64,000 bases of DNA. It comes from Alphaproteobacteria bacterium. GTDB taxonomy: Bacteria; Pseudomonadota; Alphaproteobacteria; GCA-2731375. A program made the translations under genes and the position numbers. The DNA lies in contig CBDDPY010000002.1 of assembly GCA_965232515.1 (NCBI GenBank), forward strand, positions 4,224,001 through 4,288,000, written 5' to 3'. Position 1 is the first letter of the stretch. Every line of letters begins with the position of its first letter. Positions 37,779 to 47,044 of the stretch are shown in pieces. The notes under the pieces are model-generated. The model did not search any database and had not been told where the DNA came from. It worked only from the letters and a program-made list of their open reading frames with translations.

Positions 37779-40348
37779 TGCCGACGCCGCGCGAAGAACT
37801 CACCATTCGCCGCGAGCTAGCCGCCGGTAATCTGTCACCGAGACGGGAATTGGAATTGCGGCGTCAGTTGTCGGATATCCCGACGCAGGGTGTTTCACCT
37901 TTCAACACGGCGGCGCAACCATTTGTCGGCTTCAACATGGGCTTGGCCGATGTTATCGATCTTCCGCAACGCGTCGGCACGGCGATAACGAACCCGGTTC
38001 GTGAGCTTGTCGGTTTGGAGCCGGCTCCCATCGATCAGACATCGCCAATTACCGATGCGCTGAGATCGGGTGCCGAGACGTTCCCGGCTACGACGGGCGT
38101 AGAGCGCGGGCTAAGGCGTGTAGGGCAAGAGTTCGGTGCAACGGCTCCGATAGCCGCACTGCCGTTTGTCGGCGCGTCGGGACGTGCCGCACAGACAGCC
38201 GCCAACGTCGGCACGCGAGGCTTTCAGGCTTTCCTGAACACTGTCAGGTCCACACCTGGTAGGGCGGCGGTAGGTGAAACCATTGCCACGGCCGGCGCTG
38301 GTACTGGCGCGGCAATAGCGAACGAACTAGCGCCCGGAAGCCAGGGCGCGGAGATCGCCGGCCAGCTAATTGGCGGTGTATCACCCGCCGCCCTTGCCAC
38401 GACGCCGACAAGCCTTGCCGTTCGCGCCGGTCGGAATGTCGCAAGCCGGTTTTCCGAGGATGCCATGCGCACCCGCGCACAGGATCAGGCGCGGGAAGTG
38501 ATCGGCGGCAACCTGACGCAAGAGGCAACCCAGAACCTCAATCAAGCCGACGACGTGACACGCGAGATACCGGGCTTCGATCCGACGCTTGCCGAGCGCA
38601 CAGGATCGCCCGGCCTGACGGCAACGCAACGGCGCATCGAGGCGCAGTCAAGCGGCGCGGACCTGGAAGCGGTCGCGGCCCGCAGACGCGCCAATGAGGC
38701 GGCTATCAACCGCTTCGGGCAGGTACGCGGCCCTTTGGGCGAGGACGCACCCGAATTTGTGATCGATACCGCGGCCCGCCGCGTTGACGATCTGCGCAGC
38801 ACGGTGGAACGCCAACAGGCCAGGACCGCCGGCCAGCGTCAGGACTTGGCGGAAAGCCTGCAACCGACTGACAGGGCTGCACAGGGCCGTGGCTTGCGGG
38901 ACACGCTCTTTGAGGCCCGGTCACGATCAAGCCAGGAAATGACGGCGCTTGCCGAACGGTTGGGCATCAACGACGCTGATGTCACCGCCGAGTTCACGAA
39001 TGCCCGGCAGCGCATCGAACAGGCATTTGCGCCGGGGTCGGTTTTTGAGGACCGGGCCAATGCGCCCGCCGTCTTGCAGGCAATCCGGAACGCTCCCGAG
39101 CAAGTGACGTTTCAGGATTTGAAGGCCCTTCGCGAACGCATCGGTGACGATCTGATGGACGCCGAAACGTCCGCCAATCCGAGTTCGAAGAAAATCCGCA
39201 CGCTGTCTACGTTGCAGCGGATGGTCGATAGCGTGATTGACGATCTTACCCGCACGGCAGACCCGGACCTGGCAGACCGTTACCGCCAATTTCGCACGAC
39301 CTATTTCAACGATCACGTTGCCCGGTTCAACCAGGGCCCGGCCTTCCGGGTAAGGCAGAAAGACGGCCGCGGATTTTTCCGTATCGCCGACGAAAAGGTA
39401 GCGCAGGCGTTTTTCGCACCCGGCGACGTCAGGTCCGCCCGTCAGTTCCGGGCGGTGTTCGGTGACAACCCCGACGCCAACAGCGCCATACAGGCCGTGG
39501 CTATGGATAGCTTGAGAAATGGCGTCGTGCGGGACGGCGTGATTAATCCGAGGGCGCTCGAAAACTGGGTTCGCAAACATCGGTCGGTGTTGGACGAGTT
39601 TCCGGAGATCGACGCGCTGGTGAGAGATGTTGCGTCGGCCGACGAATCCTTGCGAGCGCGTCAGACGCAACTCAGGGCCAGAACACAGACCATCGAAAAC
39701 CAAGCCATCACGAAGGAGCTTACCGCCTTCGGCCGCGCCACCAAGACGAGCGGAAGTGTGATTGACGCGGCCATCCGCGAGCCGCGCAAGATGGCCCAAC
39801 TTGCCGGCCGGTTGAAACGCAACCCCGATGCTTTGGCGGGATTGAGGCGGAACGTCTGGAACCGTGCGATATCGGGAAGCTCGGAAGACATCTTGCGGTT
39901 CATGAACGACAACGCCGGATCGCTAAGGGTGTTGTTCGGCGGCCGGCATTTCCGGGACATCGAAACCATCGCCGCCGCGCGAGCCATGCTCGAACGGGTG
40001 CCGTCGCCGACCGGGGCCGCATTTCAGCCCCGCCCGCTAGAAGGCGTCGAGCGCGCCATAGGCCAGGGCTTGCCGCAACTGTCTAGCCGCCTGTTTGCCG
40101 CCAGGACCGGGCGTGTCGGACGCGGCTATCTGGCGGTGGATACGTTCCTCAGAGGCATTCGAGGCCGTGCTGCCGTCGATGCCGACGACCTGCTGCGGGA
40201 AGCGCTCTACGACAGTCAGGTTGCCCGCGACATGGCCGAAGCCGTCAGGGTCGGTGAAGTCAAGCCGGATGTGGCGAAGCGCCTTGGTGCGCGCCTGTTC
40301 AATCTCGGGCAGCCATTCGAGTTTAGCGACGAGCAACAGAGGCCGTAG
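37775..40348 (+). CDS. Putative large DNA-ejection / DNA-transfer protein
   Basis: 857 aa, Ala/Arg-rich, Cys-free; Gly/Ala hydrophobic stretch; PTLAERTGSPGL motif; layout like podoviral ejection proteins. Confidence 0.65.
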   Translation: MMPTPREELTIRRELAAGNLSPRRELELRRQLSDIPTQGVSPFNTAAQPFVGFNMGLADVIDLPQRVGTAITNPVRELVGLEPAPIDQTSPITDALRSGAETFPATTGVERGLRRVGQEFGATAPIAALPFVGASGRAAQTAANVGTRGFQAFLNTVRSTPGRAAVGETIATAGAGTGAAIANELAPGSQGAEIAGQLIGGVSPAALATTPTSLAVRAGRNVASRFSEDAMRTRAQDQAREVIGGNLTQEATQNLNQADDVTREIPGFDPTLAERTGSPGLTATQRRIEAQSSGADLEAVAARRRANEAAINRFGQVRGPLGEDAPEFVIDTAARRVDDLRSTVERQQARTAGQRQDLAESLQPTDRAAQGRGLRDTLFEARSRSSQEMTALAERLGINDADVTAEFTNARQRIEQAFAPGSVFEDRANAPAVLQAIRNAPEQVTFQDLKALRERIGDDLMDAETSANPSSKKIRTLSTLQRMVDSVIDDLTRTADPDLADRYRQFRTTYFNDHVARFNQGPAFRVRQKDGRGFFRIADEKVAQAFFAPGDVRSARQFRAVFGDNPDANSAIQAVAMDSLRNGVVRDGVINPRALENWVRKHRSVLDEFPEIDALVRDVASADESLRARQTQLRARTQTIENQAITKELTAFGRATKTSGSVIDAAIREPRKMAQLAGRLKRNPDALAGLRRNVWNRAISGSSEDILRFMNDNAGSLRVLFGGRHFRDIETIAAARAMLERVPSPTGAAFQPRPLEGVERAIGQGLPQLSSRLFAARTGRVGRGYLAVDTFLRGIRGRAAVDADDLLREALYDSQVARDMAEAVRVGEVKPDVAKRLGARLFNLGQPFEFSDEQQRP

Positions 40349-40355
40349 CCAGCCC

Positions 40356-40778
40356 ATGGAATATTACCTTTCCCCCTGGCGTTTCGAGGCAGAGCCATAT
40401 CCGACTTGGCGCAGTCCGTTCGATGATGACGTGGGGTTGATCGATCTGCGCTCGCCGGCCCAGATCCGGTCGGACGGCATTGCCGAAGGCTACGGCCTGT
40501 TTGCAACGCGGGTGCGGCAGACCATTCCTGACTCGATCTACCTCGGGGACTCACTTCACGGCCAGATCGATACAACGACCCTCAAGCGAGAATTGGGTCT
40601 TGGTGAAGACATCGTTGCGACCGGCCTGGGCGAGGTAATTTACGAGTTGCTGACGATGCATGCTGATCCGATGGTATCGACACGTTGGGGCTGTCTGATG
40701 CCCTGCCAAAACGGTCGCAATGAAATTTGGCTTGGCGGTCGCATTGCTCGAATGCTGGTTCTGCCCGGTCAGTGTTGA
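40356..40778 (+). CDS. Hypothetical protein
   Basis: ATG 8 nt after the upstream stop. Confidence 0.5.
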   Translation: MEYYLSPWRFEAEPYPTWRSPFDDDVGLIDLRSPAQIRSDGIAEGYGLFATRVRQTIPDSIYLGDSLHGQIDTTTLKRELGLGEDIVATGLGEVIYELLTMHADPMVSTRWGCLMPCQNGRNEIWLGGRIARMLVLPGQC

Positions 40779-40936
40779 GCGTCCGCGTCTGGAATGGATG
40801 CGCGCGCAATATCCGGATCTGTTTCGCCGCGCCTTGCTGTTGATGCGCGACGTGAACGCGGCTGCTGCAGAGATCGTCATGCACAACGCGGCGATATTGG
40901 ACGCCGCAAGTGAACAACACCGGGAGGTTCGCGAAA

Positions 40937-41356
40937 ATGCCGCCGCTCGATAACCAGCGTCATGAAAAATTCGCCCAAGCCCTCGCGGAAGGCATGTCAG
41001 CAGATGCCGCTTATGCCGAAGCCGGCTACAAACCCGATAGAGGCAACGCGTCTCGCCTGACGTCAAAAGACAGCATCCAAGCCCGTGTTTATGAGCTGCA
41101 GCAGGCAGCAGCGAAAAAGGCCGTGCTGACGCTTTCCGATCATCTGGAAACGCTCAAAGACATCAGGGATGCGGCCATAGCTGCACGACAGTACGCCGCT
41201 GCGACGAATGCGGAGGTCCATAGAGGCAAGGCGGCGGGTCTGTATGTTGAGCGCATTGAGACATCCGATGTGGTGCGTGTCGTAAGCGCTGAACCGATGA
41301 CGGATGACGAATGGGAGCAGCAGTATGGCGCCCAGACATCGGAAGCGACGCATTGA
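40937..41356 (+). CDS. Terminase small subunit-like protein 1
   Basis: GGAGG RBS; NQRHEKFAQALAEGMSADAAYAEAGYK...NASRL...IQARV.EL. Confidence 0.8.
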   Translation: MPPLDNQRHEKFAQALAEGMSADAAYAEAGYKPDRGNASRLTSKDSIQARVYELQQAAAKKAVLTLSDHLETLKDIRDAAIAARQYAAATNAEVHRGKAAGLYVERIETSDVVRVVSAEPMTDDEWEQQYGAQTSEATH

Positions 41357-41643
41357 TGCCGGACACCAGATTCAAACCCGGCCAGAGCGGAAACCCGAAA
41401 GGCAGGCCGAAGGGCGCACGCTCGAGGCTGTCTGAGGCTTTCTTGCAAGAGCTGGCCGAACACTGGGAACAGAATGGGCGCGACGTGCTGGACCAAGTGA
41501 GAAACAACGATCCATCAACCTATCTGCGCGTCATTGCCTCACTAATCCCGAAGGGCATCAGTTTCTCGGGCGATATCAGCTACGCCGCTATACCAATTCC
41601 GGTCAGCGAGCGTGCGCCACTCGATATCGAAACCACGCACTGA
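41356..41643 (+). CDS. DUF5681-like (TerS-type) protein 2
   Basis: TRFKPGQSGNPKGRPKGAR..L...FL..L...W...G. Confidence 0.75.
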   Translation: MPDTRFKPGQSGNPKGRPKGARSRLSEAFLQELAEHWEQNGRDVLDQVRNNDPSTYLRVIASLIPKGISFSGDISYAAIPIPVSERAPLDIETTH

Positions 41644-41670
41644 TCAGCCTGTTCTTACAGGGATATACAG

Positions 41671-42096
41671 ATGGCGAAGTGGACACAGTGGACGGCAAAA
41701 AAAGAGGCAGACTTCCTCGCGATCCTTAGCAATGGCAGCAGCGTACAGGCGGCGGTACAGGCTATCGGGTGCAGCCGGTCGAACGCGTACAAGCGCAGAC
41801 AGAATGACCCGGAATTCGCCGCTCAGTGGGATGCGGCTATCGAAGCCGGCAGCGACCTACTCGAAGACGAAGCCAAGCGCCGCGCGCATGAAGGCGTTCT
41901 GGAGCCGGTCTACTACCAGGGCCAGGAAGTCGGCCAAGTGCGAAAATACTCTGACACGCTCTTGATGTTCATGTTGAAAGCCAGACGCCCGGACAAGTTC
42001 AAGGAACGCAAGGAACAGCAGCTAACGGGCAAAGATGGCGAGCGTCTCAAGCCAACCATCAACCTTACTATCGGATCTGAACCTTCATCTGCATGA
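41671..42096 (+). CDS. Terminase small subunit-like protein 3 (HTH type)
   Basis: FL..L..G.SV..A...G.SR..AY..R..DPEFA..WD.A; LEDEA.RRA.EG; RKYSDTLLMFMLKARRP.KF; LTGKDG. Confidence 0.8.
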   Translation: MAKWTQWTAKKEADFLAILSNGSSVQAAVQAIGCSRSNAYKRRQNDPEFAAQWDAAIEAGSDLLEDEAKRRAHEGVLEPVYYQGQEVGQVRKYSDTLLMFMLKARRPDKFKERKEQQLTGKDGERLKPTINLTIGSEPSSA

Positions 42097-42139
42097 GAAG
42101 CAGGGACAGGCGTTCCTGAGCCATGCGACGGAGATCATG
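42035..42139 (+). pseudogene. N-terminal stub of a large terminase
   Basis: LHEKQGQAFLSHATEIM overlapping the TerS3 end; similarity stops where a YGGAAGGGKS-type Walker A would begin. Confidence 0.55.
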
Positions 42140-42215
42140 AGAGAACTCAGCTCTTCTAAGACCGACATACCACGTAACGTTGATTTTCGCTCGCCAATGG
42201 GTCAGATTAGTTGGC

Positions 42216-42719
42216 ATGGGGGAAAATGGAAAATCTGCTATCCAAGCAGCTCTTGTCGGAGGAATATTCGCCGTCGTAGCTGCAGTGTTGGGGGCGTTTG
42301 TAGGATATTGGATAGCTTCGCCGGGCGCGGACAGATTAAGGCAAATTGAAGCAGACACTGCTAGAGATCTGGCAACATACTTCTCGGAATTCATAGCATC
42401 TCGTGAACGCTTAGTGCGGCACTTGAAAGGTGAACCTCAGGAGAAAGCACCAGAAGAAGAGATCAACAAATACGTCGAGGAAGCCAAAAAGCTGGACCAG
42501 CAATGGAGAACATCAACGGTAGCGCTGGCGGCTGCACTACGTTTTGCCGAACATAATTTTGACGAGGGTGTTCAGAGCTTAGCCAGCGAATTCATCGAGT
42601 GGCATGCCGAGCAAGAAGCAGCGCGCGCTGGAAAGGCAATCACAGAGTGGGTTGATACAAGCAAGTACCAAGATTGGCGGGATAGGATCTTGAAGGCAAC
42701 ATCTCAAGCTGTGAGATGA
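42216..42719 (+). CDS. Membrane-anchored hypothetical protein
   Basis: N-terminal TM helix; helical body. Confidence 0.6.
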   Translation: MGENGKSAIQAALVGGIFAVVAAVLGAFVGYWIASPGADRLRQIEADTARDLATYFSEFIASRERLVRHLKGEPQEKAPEEEINKYVEEAKKLDQQWRTSTVALAAALRFAEHNFDEGVQSLASEFIEWHAEQEAARAGKAITEWVDTSKYQDWRDRILKATSQAVR

Positions 42720-42738
42720 GCCGTACTCAGGGGCGAAA

Positions 42739-42939
42739 ATGAAAGCTTCGGCTTTTGTCGGATTTTTGTTGCTGGGCTTTCTCGTTGGGGCATTTTCGGC
42801 TGCAGTGGCGGAGGTAAAACAACCCGGCAAGCCGCCTGGTTGCCGGTATTTCTGCCCACCGCCGAACCCGTTGCCGTTTCCAAAGCCGATTAGGCAGCCA
42901 ACCGAGAAAAGCATCAGCAGTCTGGATACATATCGCTAA
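42739..42939 (+). CDS. Small secreted Pro-rich peptide
   Basis: AGGGG RBS; signal peptide; CRYFC and PPPNPLPFPKP. Confidence 0.45.
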   Translation: MKASAFVGFLLLGFLVGAFSAAVAEVKQPGKPPGCRYFCPPPNPLPFPKPIRQPTEKSISSLDTYR

Positions 42940-43057
42940 CGCCGGCTCGAACCTTCGGCCGTGAGTAAGGGCCAATGTCGAGACCCATCGGCAATGGCAG
43001 TGGTGCGGGTGATGCTGGAGATTTTGGGCGGCGTAAGGTGTATCGGACAACAGCAAA

Positions 43058-43582
43058 GTGAAATCGACGCACGAGACGGACCGCTTAACTGCGAGCAAGG
43101 CGTTCTACAGAGCTTTGACAGGACGCGATGAGCTTGGAGTCGTCATACGGGCTCACATCTACATCGAACAACTCGTCAACGAGACGCTAGAATGGTTAAT
43201 TCCATACCCTGACGCCTTGGATGCTATGGACTTGGATTACTCTCAGCGGGTCCGCCTATTGGTGGCACTCGGCTTGAAGGATCAGCACCTTGGTTCATTG
43301 CTAGCGCTCGGGAAACTAAGGAACGAGTTTGCGCACAGACTGGACGCCAAACTTACTGCTGGAAGGATGAATGACTTTTACAAGCGCTTCGACAGCGAGG
43401 ATAAGAAAATCATTCAGAGAGTTTACGATTCGACACGAAAGAAAGCTGGCGATCGCTCCAAGCCGAAGAAAATAACCAGCCTTGAGCCGAAGGATCGGTT
43501 TGCCCTATACGCAGCGACAATTCATGGGGCATTGCGCGCTGCGATAAGCGAATTGTCGGAGCAAAAAGAGCAAGCCCGTTAG
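43058..43582 (+). CDS. MtlR/HEPN-like protein
   Basis: RAHIYIE ... LRNEFAH. Confidence 0.7.
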   Translation: MKSTHETDRLTASKAFYRALTGRDELGVVIRAHIYIEQLVNETLEWLIPYPDALDAMDLDYSQRVRLLVALGLKDQHLGSLLALGKLRNEFAHRLDAKLTAGRMNDFYKRFDSEDKKIIQRVYDSTRKKAGDRSKPKKITSLEPKDRFALYAATIHGALRAAISELSEQKEQAR

Positions 43583-43609
43583 ACTGAGCTTGCTCTTTCC
43601 GGGGTAAAC

Positions 43610-44011
43610 TCAATCTTCGTCAAACCGATGCGTATCCTCATACAGCGCGATGGCTGCAAAATACTCTGACACTTCGCCAGGATCGGCCAGCCAGACGTTA
43701 TCTTCGGTGATAAGCAATCCCGACTTATCGAAAGCGTAAATAAGCTTCGGGTCAATGCCAGATCTGCGCATTGCCTCTATCATGTCCTGGTGCACGGCAT
43801 CGGCATCGCGCGACGTCGGTTCTTCGGCGTCGGGATCGAAAAACACTGGATCGCCAGGCGCCGGCTCGCGGCCGAATTTTTCGATGAACGCCGGTCGCTG
43901 CTTTTTCAACACCTCCATTGCTTCCGGCGATAGCGGCGTACTGGTTTCTTGGCGGCTGGATTTGGTGGAACGACGTTGACGCCGCGGGCGCCCTGATTTG
44001 CTCTTCGGCAT
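43610..44011 (-). CDS. Conserved hypothetical protein
   Basis: AGGGAGG RBS; FIEKFGREP.PGDPVFFD, GIDP.LIYAF.K.GL. Confidence 0.7.
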   Translation of the reverse strand: MPKSKSGRPRRQRRSTKSSRQETSTPLSPEAMEVLKKQRPAFIEKFGREPAPGDPVFFDPDAEEPTSRDADAVHQDMIEAMRRSGIDPKLIYAFDKSGLLITEDNVWLADPGEVSEYFAAIALYEDTHRFDED

Positions 44012-44350
44012 AGCTGCCTCCCTTCTGAAAGCAGCTACCCATTATGTAGATCAGAAACAGGCCGACTATGGAATTTCGCGGGTAATCTTCCATAGTCTCG
44101 TCACGGTTTGTTCGCTACTAGTAGCCGCCGAGTTATGCTCCGAGCAACGCCTGAGCCAGGGAAGCCGGACCTATTTGGGCCGTGAGGGAGTCCTGCCCCT
44201 CCAGGCGCATCCCCAATCTGACGGCAGCCGTCCCGCTATTTCCCGGAACTACCCGAAAAATCCCGCTTCAGAGCTTCGAAACCGCGATTTCTGATTGCTA
44301 TGTGATTGCTAGCCGAGCGCTTGTTCGGCAGTGGTATTGCTAAGTCATTG

Positions 44351-44405
44351 AAAAGATGGAGCGGGCGATGAGATTCGAACTCACGACTTCAACCTTGGCA
44401 AGGTT
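44351..44405. repeat. Right attachment site (55-bp direct repeat)
   Basis: Identical to 8548-8602. Confidence 0.97.
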
Positions 44406-44431
44406 GCGCTCTACCCCTGAGCTACGCCCGC
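44357..44431 (-). tRNA. tRNA-Gly (GCC)
   Basis: GCGGGCG acceptor stem, anticodon arm CAACC-TTGCCAA-GGTTG, TTCGAAT T-loop, encoded CCA. Confidence 0.98.
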
Positions 44432-44584
44432 GTCGCTATGCTGCTCGCCATATCCGGAGAGCGAGCGGATAATAAGCAAATCGCTTGCCGTTGCAAGCGT
44501 CAAGAGGCGGGTTTTCCGGCGAACCCCGATCTGGCATAACGGCGCGCCAAAGCGACGATAACAAAACCGCCAACAGAACCCGCC

Positions 44585-45076
44585 ATGCCCGCGACACCGG
44601 AAGACCTGTTTGCCCGCCTGGACGACCTGGGCATCGCCACGACGACGCACGCGCACCCGCCGCTGCACACGGTCGAGGAGAGCCGGCGGCTGCGCGGCGC
44701 GCTGCCGGGCGGGCACTGCAAGAACCTCTATCTGCGCGACAAAAAGAAGCGCAACTGGCTGCTGGTGACGCTGGAGGACCGCGAGGTCGACCTGAAGACC
44801 GTGTCGACGGTGCTGGGCGCCGGGCGCTTGAGCTTCGGCAGCGCCGACCGGTTGATGGAGTTCCTGGGCGTGACGCCGGGCTCGGTGACGCCGTTCGCGC
44901 TGATCAACGACCCCGAACAGCGGGTGACCGTGGTGCTGGACGAAGCCATGCTGAAGGTCGATCTGTTGAACTATCATCCGCTGGTCAACACGGCGACGAC
45001 GGCGATCGCGCCCGACGACCTGCTGGTCTTCATCCGCGCCGGCGGCCACGAGCCGCAGATCGTGGCCCTGGACTAG
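44585..45076 (+). CDS. YbaK/ProX family aminoacyl-tRNA deacylase
   Basis: HPPLHTVEES, KNLYLRDKK, LGVTPGSVTPF, HPLVN. Confidence 0.92.
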   Translation: MPATPEDLFARLDDLGIATTTHAHPPLHTVEESRRLRGALPGGHCKNLYLRDKKKRNWLLVTLEDREVDLKTVSTVLGAGRLSFGSADRLMEFLGVTPGSVTPFALINDPEQRVTVVLDEAMLKVDLLNYHPLVNTATTAIAPDDLLVFIRAGGHEPQIVALD

Positions 45077-45193
45077 CGGGATGCCGGGCCGCGCCATGCC
45101 CTTGTATGCCCGCGTAACTGCTCCATAATTAATCACCTGGGGGGCGCGTTCCGGATGCGGACGCCACCCTCCGCAACGGCAAGGAAAACCATA

Positions 45194-46096
45194 ATGGAAC
45201 CGATCATCGCCCCGACACAGGCGCCGCCGGACGCGATCAAGGACAGCGATACCGCCAATTTCGCGCAAGACGTGCTGCTGGCCAGCCGCGAAACGCCCGT
45301 GATCGTCGACCTGTGGGCGCCGTGGTGCGGCCCGTGCAAGACGCTGGGGCCGCTGCTGGAGAAGATCGTCAAGGAGAGCGGCGGCGCGGTGAAGCTGGTG
45401 AAGATCAATATCGACGAGAACCAGCAGCTGGCGCAGCAGTTGAGGGTGCAGTCGATCCCGGCAGTGTTCGCCTTCGTCGACGGCCAACCGGTCGACGGCT
45501 TCGTCGGCGCCCTGCCGGAGAGCCAGCTGAAGCAGTTCGTGCAGCGGCTGACCGGCGATCAGGGCCCGTCGCAGATCGAGCAGGCGCTGGAGGTGGCGAA
45601 ACAGGCGCTGGAAAGCGGCGATCTGGAACAGGCGCTGGGAATTTATGGCCAGATCGTCCGGGCCGAGCCTGGCAATCCGGCGGCGCTCGCCGGCATGGCG
45701 CAATGCTATCTGCAGAACGGCGATGTCGAGCAGGCGAAGCAGGCGCTGGAAGGCGTCGCCGAGGCCGACGTCAAGCATGCCGACGTGGTCTCGGCCCAGG
45801 CCGCGATCGAGCTGGCGGGCCAGGCCGGCGATGCCGGCGAGGTCGGGCCGCTGCGCGCGGCGGTGGCGGCCAACGCCAACGACCATCAGGCGCGCTTCGA
45901 CCTGGCCATGGCGCTGGTCGGCCAGGGCAATCGCGAGGAAGCCGTGGACGCGCTGCTGGAGATCGTGCAGCGCGACCGGCAATGGAACGACGAGGCGGCG
46001 CGCAAGCAGCTGCTGACGCTGTTCGAGGCGTTCGGACCGACCGACGAGTTGACGGTGTCGGCCCGACGGCGGCTGAGCTCGATCCTGTTCTCGTAA
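45194..46096 (+). CDS. cnoX: Thioredoxin-TPR chaperedoxin (CnoX/YbbN family)
   Basis: WCGPC plus TPR region; C-terminal RRRLSSILFS. Confidence 0.9.
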   Translation: MEPIIAPTQAPPDAIKDSDTANFAQDVLLASRETPVIVDLWAPWCGPCKTLGPLLEKIVKESGGAVKLVKINIDENQQLAQQLRVQSIPAVFAFVDGQPVDGFVGALPESQLKQFVQRLTGDQGPSQIEQALEVAKQALESGDLEQALGIYGQIVRAEPGNPAALAGMAQCYLQNGDVEQAKQALEGVAEADVKHADVVSAQAAIELAGQAGDAGEVGPLRAAVAANANDHQARFDLAMALVGQGNREEAVDALLEIVQRDRQWNDEAARKQLLTLFEAFGPTDELTVSARRRLSSILFS

Positions 46097-46134
46097 GGCG
46101 GAGCCGCACCGACTTGGCCGAGCAACAACGCCAA

Positions 46135-46785
46135 ATGCCCGAGCAGACTCTGCCGGAACGGCTGCCGGTGTTTCCGCTGACCGGCGTGTTGCTGCTGCCC
46201 GGCGGCAAGCTGCCGCTGAACATTTTCGAGCAGCGCTATCTGGACATGGTCAGCGACGCCATGTCGGGCGACCGCATGATCGGCATGGTGCAGCCGACCG
46301 ACCCGACGCACAACTCGCACACGCCGGATATCTATCCCGTCGGCTGCGCCGGACGGATCACGGTCTATGAGGAGACCGACGACGGCCGCTATCTGATCAC
46401 GCTGACCGGCCTCTGCCGGTTCGACATCCGCGAGGAACTGTCGACGACAACCCGCTACCGCCAGGTGCTGGCCGACTGGTCGGGCTATGCCGACGACCTG
46501 GAGCCGCCCGACGAGACCGGCATCGACCGCGCGTGTCTGCTGCCGGCGTTGCGCGCCTATCTCGACGCCGCCGACATTCCGGCCGACTGGAACGCCATCG
46601 AGAACGCCTCCAGCGTGGCGCTGGTCAACTATCTGTCGATGATCTGCCCGTTCACGCCCAGCGAGAAGCAGGCCCTGCTGGAAGCCACCGATGTGGTCGA
46701 ACGCAGCAAGGTCATGACCTCGTTGATGGAAATGGCGGTCATGCAGAGCGGCGGCGCCGACGGTGACGATGGCCAACGGCACTAG
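46135..46785 (+). CDS. LON peptidase substrate-binding domain protein
   Basis: LPVFPL.GVLLLPGG.LPLNIFE.RY. Confidence 0.92.
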   Translation: MPEQTLPERLPVFPLTGVLLLPGGKLPLNIFEQRYLDMVSDAMSGDRMIGMVQPTDPTHNSHTPDIYPVGCAGRITVYEETDDGRYLITLTGLCRFDIREELSTTTRYRQVLADWSGYADDLEPPDETGIDRACLLPALRAYLDAADIPADWNAIENASSVALVNYLSMICPFTPSEKQALLEATDVVERSKVMTSLMEMAVMQSGGADGDDGQRH

Positions 46786-46837
46786 GCCGGTGTAATAAGC
46801 GCGGGCAAACCAAGAATCGCGAGGAGGGACGCGCGCG

Positions 46838-47044
46838 ATGACGGACACCGAGGCGGTGGACCCGAAACTGCTGGAGATCCTGGTCTGTCCGCTGACCAAG
46901 GGCGAGCTGCGCTATGACCGGCAACGCCAGGAGCTGATCAGCGAACAGGCCCGGCTGGCCTATCCGATCCGCGACGGCATTCCGATCATGCTGGTCGACG
47001 AGGCGCGCAGCCTCGATGACGACGACGGGGCGGCCCCGGCCTGA
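46838..47044 (+). CDS. Trm112 family protein
   Basis: [25 protein letters not shown]. Confidence 0.93.
   Translation: MTDTEAVDPKLLEILVCPLTKGELRYDRQRQELISEQARLAYPIRDGIPIMLVDEARSLDDDDGAAPA

Larger units (their letters stand above)
8548..44405. mobile_element. tRNA-Gly-integrated genomic island / phage-satellite-like element (~35.8 kb)
   Basis: Flanking 55-bp direct repeats, integrase next to the att site, visibly lower GC than flanks, replication and packaging-type genes. Confidence 0.93.

Noticed and set aside
8548-44405. Intact autonomous prophage or ICE
   Set aside because: No recognisable capsid, portal, intact TerL, lysis, relaxase or T4SS genes.
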